Source: Enoplolaimus lenunculus
Lineage: Eukaryota
NCBI GenBank assembly: GCA_030248215.1
Contig: JASANG010003810.1
Coordinates: forward strand, 434,001 to 498,000
DNA: 64,000 bases
Direction: 5' to 3'
Positions 1 through 12,700 of the stretch are shown here, one piece after another. The notes below the pieces were generated by a model that worked only from the letters and a program-made list of their open reading frames with translations, was not told where the DNA came from and did no database searches. Positions within the stretch are counted from its first letter, which is position 1. Each line of letters starts with the position of its first letter. The position numbers and the translations under genes were made by a program.

Positions 1-15
1 TAGTCCGCGCTAGCG

Positions 16-216
16 GCTCATGTAAATATCAGGGGCGGAACGTTTTTCTGTGGGACTATAATAGAATAAGCTTAAAGCTTTAGACTCATTGTTTTGCTTG
101 GCTTAGGCTTAGGCTTAGGAATATGCTCATTCTTACGCTTAGGCTTAGGCTTAGTGTAAGGCTAGGCGTAAAAATATGCTTATAATACTGTTCCACTCAT
201 GTTCTTTACATTGGCC
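16..216. mobile_element. TTAGGC-repeat-containing MITE (family C)
   Basis: Ends GGC.CATGTAAA.ATCAGGGGCGGAAC / GTTCC..CC.TGTTCTTTACATTGGCC enclose degenerate (TTAGGC)n. Many further copies at 51-61 kb. Confidence 0.75.
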
Positions 217-252
217 ACGCTAGCAAATGTTTTCAGACATCAAAAGTGAAGC

Positions 253-3200
253 ATGGATCAGGAAGCTGCCGAACAGATGAAAAAGCAGCAAATTATTAAC
301 GAAATCCGATTTCGGCGAAACAGTTCTGACAGCGTATGGATTGGAGACGTTGGTTTGGCAAATACAACCGGTATACCGGTCATATATAAATTGAAGTCAA
401 ATCAAACCAACCTTGTCCGGGTAAAATAATTTTATAGTTCGATGGTGGTGTTTGTTGCGTAACCAGTTATACTGACCAATAGCTTACGTTGACTTTATAG
501 TTTAACCCTTCCTCGCATAAGAATATGCTACTGTAGTGACCCGAATACAAGAGGGTGGGTCTGATATTTATTTTTCCTCTCAAGAGAATACGCCTTTGTT
601 AACCCCGCCGTCCGCCGTCTTCGTAATTGATATGTATCCGGTATTTTAACTATTTATTTGTCTTGTATCAGAAGCTTGAGCGAAAATGCAAGGTTATACT
701 TACGAATGTACTTTACTTTCAAAACTTAAGTGTGATTTAAAGTTTTGAACTCAACCTTAATTTGGTCCTGGAGTCATGTATGCACTGCAATTAGGGTTAA
801 TTTATTGACAATTATGGACTCTAATTAGGGTTAGAGGCTATTCGATTACGGACTCATTACGAATACGGACTCCTATTGATTGGGATTCAAAATGAGGACG
901 CCCTCTTATTACTCCCGTTTTTATTTGGGACACTACAGTGCATGAACACAACGCTATTAAATGTGCCAAATGTGTCTGGCTTCTTGCTCGCTTCGGTGGC
1001 GAGTTTTGAGACTATTCCATCTTCCCGCGATTCTATTAATGGCTTGACATACTATAGACATCTTAAAATAACCACGAGATTGTAAATGTTAACAAATTTT
1101 CTCGCTTGTTACGCTCGATAGCCTACAATTTTACTAAGGATAATATTAACTCATCCGAAATGAAGTATTAAAGAACGGTAAAAACGGTTTAGGGACCTTA
1201 CCATTATCACAAAAAATTTCTGACAAGACAGGCGTACACCCCGTCTTCCGCCCTCTCTGGATACGCCAGTGGTGAGATTTTGATTCTCATTCTGAGACCC
1301 TGGATCCGCCACCGGTGCATGGTGCGAAATCTCCACCAGATGTGAGAGCTCCTTCGAGGTCGAAAATCAAACTCATACATACCTGCAGTAGTGACTCGAT
1401 TAAGATGGGGGACTGATATTTATTTTGCATCCATAGAGGTACTAGGTCCGGTATTGCTGCTCTCCGTTCAATTAAACGTTTGTTGCCTTGTGCAATAGTT
1501 TAGTTGATAATGCACTCAATTTTATTTGGTCCTGGGGTCATTTATGCATTACAGTTAGGGATAATTGACATTTATGATCTCTAATTATGGTTTATGGACT
1601 CTATCCGCTTACGGACTTTTATTAGGAATATGTACTTTTATTGCTTGACACTCAAAATGAGGCCCATTCTCTTTTCGTGTCACAACAGTTCCAGAGCAGT
1701 GATAGCAACAATATTCGATTGTAGAACCCTTGTTTTAAGTTCCAGTTTGAAACGATAGGCGTGTGACAGGGACAACCGGAAGTCTGCCTCCGGCTCCGGC
1801 AGAAAATCGACCTCGGCTTCGGCTCCGGCAGGATTTTTGCCGAAGGTTCCGGCAATTTCGGTAGTAAAATTTTGCATAATTTTGCTAAATTTATCTGTTT
1901 TCGTTTAACTTTTGTCACAATTTCACGAAAAAGTTTCCGATATTTCGCAGAAAATTAGCGTAAAACCAAACAACTTAACAACCAGGGTAAAACCGGAGGT
2001 CTGCCTCCGGCTCCGGTAGAAAATCAGGCTCCGGCTCCGGTAGAATTTTTGCCGGAGGTTCCTGCAATTTCAGCAGTAAAATTTTGCATAATTTTGCAAA
2101 ATTTATCTGTTTAGCGCGTTTTGTTTAAATTTTGTTACAATTTCACGAAAAACTTTCTGACATTTCGCAGAAAATTAGCGTAAAACCAAACAACAACATA
2201 TCGCAGATATTGGCTAAAATTAACCTAATTAACCATCATTTTTACTACCTAATTTCGCCTCACCTCCAATTCCGGCTCCGGCAAGTTTCGTTTAACATCA
2301 GCATCCGGTATTTTTCACTTCCGGTTGCACCCTGGCGTGCGATACTGAATATATATATTTTCATTGCAGGAAAGCGGTAAGTCAGGTAAATTCTTTCAGA
2401 ACTTTGGTACACTTGGATCAGGTTAAGCCATAGCATAATGGTAGGCAACGATTTGTTGAGTTGATGAAATTTCAGATTACAGTCAAGCGACGAATGGTCG
2501 TGATGCCGCATATTGAAAAACACGTTTTACTACGGGGTTTTGAAACAAGCTGCTTTAAAACGCGGAAAATGCACCAATATCGCTTTTTCTTGACCCGAAT
2601 CATAGTTTAATACCTTTCAGGTGTACCCGAGTCCATTTGGCATTGTGCTCGCTGGCGAAGAAGTCGACGCTGAGCTATCGTTTCCAGCAAATTTCAACGT
2701 AAACGAATTCGAGTCTCCAATTCAAATACTGATTGAAACGTTATATTTAACACAAACTGCTTCCAATTCGCCGATTGATAGCATAAAGCATATTTGGAAA
2801 AACGAAACAAGCAACCATAGCGATCGCATTTCGACGTATATATTCAAGTTTGTGAAACTGCGGGTGGGGTCACTGTGCACTGTGGGCGCTGCACTGCAAA
2901 AATGGTGAGTCAAATTGACTGTCTTCGAAATAAGCTCTACGGGACTACACAAGTTGAGTCAAAATTCGACTCCGCCAGCGTTAAATGCGACTCACTGAGT
3001 CGCACGGTTGACTCTGCCGGAGTCGAATTTGACTCAGTTTGTATAGTCCCGTAGAGCCTATTTCGGAGAGAGTCAATTTGACTCACCATTTTTTGCAGTA
3101 TAGGCACATGCTGTCAAGTCTGTCATGCTTAGGCAAGCCCCTGTTTGCTAAACCTAGTCATGAGTTTGCGCCAGTGGCTAACACATAGATGTGGAGAAAG

Positions 3201-3609
3201 TATACAAGCGCTCAAATGTTCCATGAATGCCTTTGTTTTCGTGACCACAGGACTTAGCTAGCAAATTTTCAGCCTTGCTGGATCAGTCAAAGGGAACCGT
3301 TGTGTGCTCCTAACTGAGAAATGCTTAGCCCTCCCCCCTAGCAAGATGACGATAATGAATGAAATTTTTTAGCGCAATCTTTTACGAACCACTCGATGCG
3401 GAACTAAAAGATGTTGACTCCAAAATCGCCAGCGGCGATAAAAGTACACCTGCAATGGCTGGTGACGGAAACAAAGCAACGAAATCAAAGCTGCTAAATT
3501 CCACGGCAAAAGCAGACAATAACAACAACAACAACAAAAACAACGACAACAACGACAACAACAACGACAACAACAAAAACAACAACAATAACAGCAACAA
3601 AAATAATAG

Positions 3610-3640
<31 letters not shown>

Positions 3641-5083
3641 AACAACAACAACAATAACAAAGTCAACAACTGTGGAGATTTTAAAGTTGAAACTACAAAA
3701 TTTAGAGAAAAACCCAAAAATATTTCTAATTTTGAAGCAAGATGTGACTCTCCTGTGGTGACTATTGTGATTGGTTCCAATGAAAACAACGACAAGCAGC
3801 GCAAAACTAACGCCAGCTGCGAGCTATCGAGTCCAGCTATTCGGACTGAAGTCAGATCCAGCAAACAAAACAAACGACGTTGTCATAGTAAGTCTTAAAA
3901 TTATTAAGAAGGTTAATACTCGCGTCAGAGGATTGCAGAGTATATACAACATCTTCACAAGGTTTGAGTACCCCATCGGGCTACAGGGTCAAACTTTTAT
4001 CGCTGATATGGTCATGAAAAGCCCTCTCTCTCCAATGAGCCTGGGTTCGAATGAGTGCTTAAAAGTAGATAAATAAAAAAACAGGGTTGCGCGATACTTG
4101 ACGTCCGGCGTCATCCGTCACCCGTCCGTCCCAGTTGTCATCCGTACGGCGCCGTACATCATCCGTACGGCACCGTCCGTCACCATACGTTATTGTACGT
4201 GAGTTAGTTGGATAGTATACTGCACGGAGACGGACAGCGCCGCACGGTGACGGACGGCGCCATATGAGTGATAAACGGCGCCGTAGGGTGACAGACGGAA
4301 TTGTGCGGATGACGGACGCCGCTGTACGTCATGAAAAGTATAACGGAACCCACATTTGTCCGGCTTCGGTAGAATTTTTGCCGGAGGTTCCGGCAATTTC
4401 GGTAGTAAAATTTTGCATAATTTTCCTGAATTTCAATTTTTGTTTCTTTTAAGCACCTGTTTTAACTTGTTCATATTCACTCTCTCGGAAATAGGCTTTT
4501 CCTGACTACACAAACAGTCAAAATTCGGCTCCGCCGGAGTCAAATTCGACTCACTGAATCGCTCAGTGAGTCGAATTCGACTCTGGGGGTTTGCTGCCAC
4601 GAGAATATGCCTGATTTTTCTATTAGGCACACTTAAAATTGTATATATAACTTTATATATAACCGGAATCATAAAATACCAGAACCGGAAGTTTAAAAAA
4701 TACTGAATAAAGAAAACAAAATATTTGTCATATGTCTATGCTCAAAACAAATGAACATTGCAGGAAAACTACAAGACGACATCCTGCCCTTGCGCAAAGG
4801 AATGAATGCCGAAAGTTTATTGGGTTTCACAGAAAACCAAAACAACAAAACCAGCACTGTTCCGGAAAAGATATCAACTTCAAATGTGGAACCAAGCAAT
4901 ATAGATAAAGGCACTTCTTCAAGAAAACAAGAGCCTGCCGAATACCGAGGCGTACCTCCACCAGTGTTGCCAAATTTACTTCCGTGGCTTTTAACTCAGT
5001 CCAACGAGGTGTTTTATCCTACGGTTTTACTCAGCGGAATTAGTTTTTGTATCGGAATTTTGGTTGCATACTATTGGAGATGA
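253..5083 (+). CDS. MSP-domain, C-terminally anchored VAP/MOSPD-like protein (~405 aa, 4 coding exons)
   Basis: Exons 253-420, 2621-2835, 3373-3887 and 4764-5083 join through GT-AG introns in consistent phase (0,2,1). An in-frame TGA at 247-249 fixes the ATG. The N-terminal ...LANTTGIPVIYKLKSNQTNLVR|VYPSPFGIVLAGEEVDAELSF matches the MSP/VAP pattern (cf. N-x4-FKVKTT...VRPNSG). Poly-Asn linker and a single hydrophobic tail VLLSGISFCIGILVAYYWR*. Confidence 0.8.
529..940. mobile_element. TA-flanked Tc1/mariner-like MITE (family A)
   Basis: TIR TA-CTGTAGTGACCCGAATA.../...GGGACACTACAG. Homologous copies at 43926-44375 and 52054-52470, with partial copies at ~1385-1620, ~44665-44850 and ~58165. Confidence 0.75.
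2892..3100. mobile_element. CACTG-ended palindromic MITE (family D, EnSpm/CMC-like)
   Basis: CACTGCAAAAATGGTGAGTCAAATTGACT ... AGTCAATTTGACTCACCATTTTTTGCAGT long TIRs with internal GAGTCAAATTCGACTC subrepeats. Confidence 0.8.
3517..3670 (+). repeat. (AAC)n coding microsatellite, poly-Asn
   Basis: Imperfect AAC/AAT/GAC run in exon 3 of the MSP-domain gene. Confidence 0.92.
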
Positions 5084-6727
5084 ATACAAAACTGAACGTT
5101 GCCAATTATTCTACTTGCTACACTCGTATAGCAGATTGTCTGAAAAATGGGTACAGGCGCAGGGCCGTAAACAAGTTACCTAAGCAAAAAACTAAAGATT
5201 GTCAGTAGATACAACAAGTATACTTCTGGAAATCCTTTCTCACATAATACAGCAACAGGCATTGGTGCATCGCGTGTTATCGAGCATTTAAAAACCAACT
5301 CTACTAAACAAGTTTAATTTTATTATAAATGTAATCGCATATATAAACGTAAAAGCCAGGAAAAATCAGTAATAGGGCTTAACGAAGAGACTATCCCTAT
5401 TGGCTGTAAGATGACCTCTGGATCCAGTAAAATTTGTGGAAACTCGTAGAATTTTGGTATCTACTTTAAAAGGTGAAAATTTAAACTTTATTCTTAGGTG
5501 CATAACACGTTAGAATATAGATAGTCGTTACAAAGAATTTTTTCATTTAAATAAGCTATACTACTTCTGCTTCATCTTCCATTCATGCAAAATGCGCTCA
5601 TTTCAAGCCGCACCGAGTTAATTTACAAAAAATGCAGAGAAAACTAAGTGAGGTAATCTGCAACATCCAACAGTGTACACCTTTCAATATAACGCTTCAA
5701 TTGTTCAAGCTCAGGTGAGGTTTTTAGACACCATTATTTGTTCACTCAAATTAGTTTTCTATTAAAATAAATTGAGTTACTCGTTCGCGATGTTTCAGTC
5801 TTATCGTTGCGGACGAAATGACCTAAATAAGAATACTGTCCAAGCTTATCTATAAGCCGGATGTAAATAAAACACGAAATATGGCAAAATCATGAGACAG
5901 GAACAAAATCGTACAGTCACGAACAGATTTAAGTAAACAGCAATAGTGATTGCTCCTACGGTCGCGGTTTTATAATCGTGACAACATTTTGTTGCTTGCG
6001 ACCAGTCGCATCTTGAGACGCAGCAAAGTCTCGTTTCAAGTCGCGGTTGGAATCGCGTATACAAACAATTGAAAATTTAATACCAGGCAATCACGGCTGT
6101 ATTTCTCGTTACGGTCACAGCAACTGAAAGCTATTCGACGCGCGTTTGCGAGCGGCTGTGTTCATGAAACGAGCAATCGTGATCAGATCGACGGTTTTAA
6201 CCTCAGCTGTGATTGTTCCCAAACAACCGCTCGCAAACACGTACTGAACTATTCACGAGTCGCGATTGCATATAAGTCAGCCCATGATTGTGCAACACAA
6301 TAAACATTCAACTTGTTGCACATTTTTTGTTTCTCGAAATACATAAGAATCGTGAATTTGTTAAGCCACATGTCAGAAATTGAGCAATCCAAACGTAAAG
6401 AATGTTATTACCCATTTGACATTATCGCTTTATATCCCATGTGCCAACTTACAGCATCGCGTGGTTACAATCAGCTCTGCGTTTCGACCACCACACCAAA
6501 CTATAATGTTGTAAACAATGACTGGGTTTCTGAAATCTTAGTTACGTAAATTGTTTGTTGTTAACATTGCGAACAAAAACACAATTCAAATTTTGATTAT
6601 TGCCATTGAGGAGCTGCCATAAGTATACAATCTCACGTGGACCATGGTACGTAATTGCTCTGCAAATACTTACGTTTGAAGTTGTACTTAATACTCGGTT
6701 TCAGAAACCCAGCCAGTGATTTATTAT

Positions 6728-9700
6728 TCAAGAAGCACTCTTCACTGCAACATCATCGTTGAAGATTTTTGATGCTTCTTCATTAGCGAGCTTGCTTTGA
6801 CATTCTTGATTTGCCTACAAAGACCACAAACTTTACATCGTTGGTAATTGGCTTCTAAACAATGCCTTTTATTTGAGACAAAACGAGTGCAACCAGTTTT
6901 TATCAAAACGCCAAAATTAATACATTATTTCCGCATTCTGTTAAATTCTTAAGCCTTATTCACATGTGCAAGTTTTTGCAGTGAGAACAGGTCTGTGCGA
7001 CCTGCACGCAGAAATTGTAGTTGCAAGTATTTGCAAGGAAAATGGCTTTTTCAGTCTGATTGTTCACAGGAATATTTGTAAACAAACACAATAAATAATA
7101 ATATCGAACAGAAGGTGCAGATTTTTTAATCCAACCAATAAAACGAATTAATTCCGCTTGCAAGGTGCTTCATACATGGATACATTTTCTCTATTAACAT
7201 ATTTTATCGTAAATAAATATTGCAGCTACCAGTTTTGTGAATAAATTTTCAGTAAAATATGCAGCTGCAACGAACATCCTAACGTGAAGCTGGATTTACC
7301 CGAAATATTTTGATTTAACAACGCGTCAAAGTTCTCAAATTCCTAATTAATCGGTATATTTTCAGTGAATTATATTTGTAACTGCAAAAATATCAGTTAT
7401 TTTGGGACCAAACTTACAATGCAAGCTGCAGGTGAATGCTTTTACTGCAAAAACTTGCACGTATGAATAGTTTTACCTTCAATTTAAAGTCGTCTTGCTG
7501 GCCACACTTATCTCAAACTCATTAGCACAATAATATTATATCACTTACATTATAGGTTCGCCTTTACTATGCGTCCCAGTCCGGGCTTGACCTGTGCCCG
7601 GCAAATTGGGCTGTCCACATCCATGCTGATCATCACCGCTACTATCATCATCCTCACTGTCTTCTAAACTTTTCGTGTCCAACTCTTCTGCATCGCTTGA
7701 CTTTTTGGTCCCACCAACTAGTTTTGCTCTGCGCGTCAAACCACCATAGCCGCCCTTCTGTTGCTCGTCCCTGTTTTTTCCACTGCTGGCACTTTCAGCT
7801 GCAGTTGATGTAGTTTTCTTACCAACACTCTCCAAGCTATCCATGGACCTGTCAGCATTAGCCTCAGCACTAAGCGATGAAGATTCCGCCGCAGATGCCA
7901 ACAAGTTTTGTCGACTAAGAATGTTTCGTCGCTCTTGGGCCTTGGTGGCAGTTGCGGTCGTTGCTCCAGTGTCATCTGCGGGGTCTGTTGCTTGCAGAGA
8001 TTTACGGACGTGAATCGCAGATACTCCAGAAGGGCCCGGATCAGGCGGTGGTGTTTCACCGCCAGAGTCCGGTCGTCGACGTCGTGTTTGCGACCGTCTG
8101 TTGTTTTGCACCTTCGAATCGTCTGCCTCACCAGAGGTACCTATCGCTTGGCGTCTGGCACTCCCGCTACCTTTTCCAGCAACTCGGCGTCGTTGAAACG
8201 GTTTACGCCCACCGAAGTCACCATCTTCTTCATCGTCGTTTGAACTTTCATTCGTTCCTTCTTCTTCTTGTTCCTTTTCTTTCTCATTACCTTTTTCTCT
8301 TTCTTTCATTTCGTGTTCCCGCTCTCCTTCGCTTTCCTCGCCGTCAATCCGTCTAACAAGTTTCTCTTCAGTCGTCGATCCTTCATCGCTATAGTCGCCG
8401 TTAATATCAGTTACATCTCGTTTCGAAATGGCAGTCGCAACAGCTCGAACACTATGTCTTGCCTGTTTCGACGTTGTTCTCACCGTTGCACCATCGTCTT
8501 CATCGATATCACCATTCTCTTCGCTGTTTCCTTCACCAGCACCTCGTTCACCACAGTTGTTATCATCATCGCTAGAGTCAACCCGATCTGACCCACTGCC
8601 AGACTTGCTACTTTCGTCTTCCTTCCCTCCTATACCCCGTCTGGGTATTTTTCCCACTGGCTTGCGACGCGTTGGAGGTGCTTCTCTGCGTTTCCGTGAC
8701 TGTGGAGCAGATCTTGGCTTATTGTTTGACTCTGCTGAGTCACGAACGTGACGCAACCGACCAGGGCGGCGGCGACTATCGTGAGAGCTTTCGCTCGATT
8801 GGTCAACAACAATTTTCTTCCTAGCCACTGTAGCAGATACGATTCGAATTTGTTTTGACGAAGCTCGGCGAGACGATTTTGTGGAACGGGTGGCACGCTG
8901 GACCGAAATTTTTTCGGACAATTTTTCGTCATTTTCAGTAGAGCTAAAACATTGAACTCAAAATACTATTACATCCAGACATGTGCCAGAAGCACAGTAC
9001 GATTATTAAACTGGAAATGAAATCACATGCAAAAACTGCGATATTTTTTATATCGAGATGGGATATTGAAAAATGTGTGGTACCGAAAAAATTAAATATC
9101 ATTATGCCGCAAAACATATTATAGCCTGTAAGAATTCGAACTGAACTAAAATCTTATTGCATCAAACGCGTAAGGCAACACGAAATCGCCAAGTGTAGCA
9201 GCTATTGCAAGTTAACATTTCCTAAGCAAAATGTCTCAGTATTCTATAAGGTTTTCAGGTGCAGGTAGTTTGCGGATAGGCAGCACATGTATGTCCCGAA
9301 ACCCAGACGTAACGACTTTGCGCAACGGCTACACTTTCTCGTGTGTTGCGAATCCTTTGCACCGTAAAATGCGACATTCAACACCCACCCACGCCGTAAC
9401 TCCAAAACTGGACCACAAAGCGCAAATAAACGTACGTTATGACGACGTTTTAAAACCGAACCCCTGAAAGTAACAAATTTGTATGTCATGTACAGTACGA
9501 ACCTTACTGCATCGGATCTATCAGAATCGGATAAGTCCTTTGTCAGATTTCTTGCGGCACGTCTACGCAACAAAGCCCTAAAACTGACACGAAAGTATAA
9601 TGTTAAAGCTGAGCAAAGAACCTGCACCCTATATTAAATTCACATTTCATTAAGACGGCCTGCTTAGTTTCGCTGTCAACACAAGAATACATTTCTAAGT

Positions 9701-12700
9701 AAGGATGTGCCGATTAATCAGCATCGGCAATCATCGACACTTTTCTTGTGTATCCGCATCGGCATTGCAGAAAAATTGCCGATACTTGCTGCACTAAATT
9801 GTGAGCTGGAATGCTATCAATTTAACTTGTTGGTGTATATCAGTGAGTCTGAACAGGGAAACTGTTATCTATCCTGCGTTTACGTTAGAAAAATTAATTG
9901 AAATTAAACCGTACTCATAAAATTATAATCATTTATGGTGGTTAGCATTACGTCTTCGCATAATGATGTAATGTAGAATATTAAGTATCTGTTCTTTAAG
10001 CATAGTGTACTAAAACTGGAATCGGCTTCGGTATCGACATAAACATGTTTTTAAAATACGACACTTTTCCTATTTCTAACCACACTTTAAAATAAAATAT
10101 CGACTACTACGTACTTAAATTTTTAACCGAAGCAAATATACTATTTAAACTAATGTATCAACAGAGTACAGCCGAAATTCTGGTTCCATTATGCTGATTT
10201 GTCAGTTCTATTAATACAGTTCGTTAATCACCAAAATATTTTACCACTTTCGTAATAAACACTCTCCTTCTGCTTATCAACTGTGTTCATAACCACGTCA
10301 AAAACTAAGTAATTACCTGTTAGAATCGGCGGCGTTTTGCTTTTGTGACCGCTGTCCACTACGAGAATCTCGCTGCCCGTCTCTGCTTCCAGCATTCGGA
10401 GACTGCGTACCTGAGCGTGTGGGAGTCCGACCAGAGTTTGGTTTACGATCAGCGCTGTGTCTGGTTTCAACAATCGATCGAGTAACTCGCTAAAATAAAA
10501 ACAGTAGGGAAAGGCCCTCCCATCCAAAATCTCTCACCATCTTCCCCTCCCCAGCTGACTCGCCCCATCGTTTACTCGTTTACACCAATCCACTGTAAGC
10601 ACGTTTTATATATCCACGTAAAATAAACCATTTCTACAGATATATAAGACTTAGTTTCAGTGAAAATTGATGCGATGACTATACAGATCTAGGTACGTTC
10701 ATTATTTGTCTAACTTTTTTGAGCTGAAAACATCGTTTGGCAAGATATGGTTCCAACCGTAGGTTTGGAATAATGAAATCGACACTGCTCGTACTAAGTT
10801 TTCATCAAGAATATACAGTTCTTCAAATTTGGCGACTCTGAAACTTATTTTCGCTAATTAATTGCCTTAAAGCAAGGTGGAACATACAGGATTTAACGCG
10901 GTATTCCGGCATCGGAATCACATCGGCCGAAATCGGAATGCCATTGAAACTCCATCACAAGCCGAAAAGTACTAGTTCGCGCGTGGGGAAAAGTGCGAAC
11001 TGCAAAGTTCTCGAAACTTACCTTAATCGGACTTGAATTGTGTTCTTCTTCGCTACTTGATGTTTCAAACTCATCGTTCTCCTCACGGGCTGATTTCAAC
11101 TTTGGAGTTTGCGGACTAGACACCACAACCGGACCCCGGCTTCGTGTACTTGGACCGGATCGCCGCGTTTTACCATCAAAAGTATCCTGTTTGGATGAAC
11201 TTGCTCGAGTTGTTGATGTTGCGGTAAGTCTGTCGCCACTGCGTCCAACACGAATTGTGCTAACAGATTCCTAACAAAAGCTCACATAATACTGGCAGAT
11301 AATTTATTTATCTCAGAAACGGTTATGCGCATACTTGCAGTTGGAACACTGTGCTCTCCAGATACACAGTCTTCTATCAGAATGCTGTTGGCTCCTATAA
11401 AGAAATTTTAATCACCCTAACTTAGAAATAGCTCTTGTATTCTAAAGCGTGTAGCATCTATGAATTATTATGACTCCACACGCGTTGTAGCAGATAAATG
11501 TCAAAAATTAAACTTATTTCAATTTGAATCTTTTTCACAAACATTAAGAAAAACAAAGCTCATTTTACTTCACTTCTCTTCGATCGTTTCCAAACAGCTC
11601 CTTTATGAGACTGATTTGCCATGGCAGAAGTACGTTTGCGCGACCCCGAATACTTGGCGTCGTTAGCTTTGGCTCTGGGATGTTCCGTGTCTAAAAAGTA
11701 AGTTCAATAAACAATAGGCCTCTGACAACCAAAGGGCTGGCTTCTCCACAGCGGGGGGGGCCAGTATTTTTCGAAATTTTCATTTTCCCCGGCGAAAATT
11801 TTGCCGCCCCCCGGCGAATTTTCGGCCGCCCCCAGCAAATTTTTTTGCTGGGGACCCCAGAACTTTTTTAAGCCAAAAATTTTCAATGTTAAAATATAAA
11901 GACCTGGAATTTTTTGAGGCGGATATTCGGCACAATGTGATTTTATATTACGCTGAGTACTCATAATTTTTTAATAGCGTTACAAATACCGGTAGTAACT
12001 AGTACAATTCAATAATGAACTGAAAAAAGCACAATTATATAAAGACCGTTTCAGGGAATACAGCATTCGAAAGTACCTTGCAGCAACAAGTTCAACCCGC
12101 CTGAGCCTTATCATAAACTGAAGCTGTGACTAATATATGTTAATCACAATTTCAATTATAGATTATCTATATTTTATAAAATTGTGCTTCTTTCAACTTC
12201 TGGTAAAGTTGTCAGTAATATTAGTTAAAATTATTGTTATTAGCGTTTGCGGGGAATTTTTGACATGTTGAGCGATGAGTAATCTTCAATTGAGTTGGAA
12301 ACACGATCTAGAATAAAAAATGGTCCAAAAAGTCGGCTTGCAAAATTTTAAGCCTGCCCTCCAGGACCCCCCAGATCATCTGCCCCCCCCCCCCAGGAAA
12401 ACTGCCCCCCAGCAAAATTAGCTGCTCCCCAGGAAACGCCCACCGGCGGAAATTTTCAAGCTGTGGAGAAACCAGAATGGTACAGCTAAGAATGGTTTAA
12501 CACTGTTGATTTCCAGGTGACTTTTTGTGTTCACAAGTTTTGAGAAATTTTCTTATTTGGTAACACAAAAACCACATTCAAAATTTTTATAAAACATAAT
12601 TTCCCTTCTAGAAATCCTGGCTAAGCCCATGCTAGACACTAACAACACCGATGAACACCATAAAAAGAAAACATACTGATATCCAGCTCTCTAAACTACT

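Noticed and set aside
1652..2380. PEP-rich ORFs (LPEPSAKILPEP)
   Set aside because: Translations of CCGGCT/CCGGTT subterminal repeats of duplicated hAT-like MITE fragments.
3382..3873. Poly-Leu ORF resembling a membrane protein (also the poly-Leu/Ile/Tyr ORFs at 55183-55756 and 26286-26663)
   Set aside because: Antisense or off-frame readings of the poly-Asn microsatellites.
9231..9467. Overlapping ORFs on both strands in a PDS5 intron, one with CxxC
   Set aside because: The flanking PDS5 exons join in phase without it and no motif is recognisable, so it is unsupported.
10228..10527. Track ORF with MLEAETGSEILV, superficially like a KH domain
   Set aside because: The PDS5 exon here is read in another frame (RVTRSIVETRHSADRK...) that fits both neighbouring exon phases. 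There is no GxxG loop.
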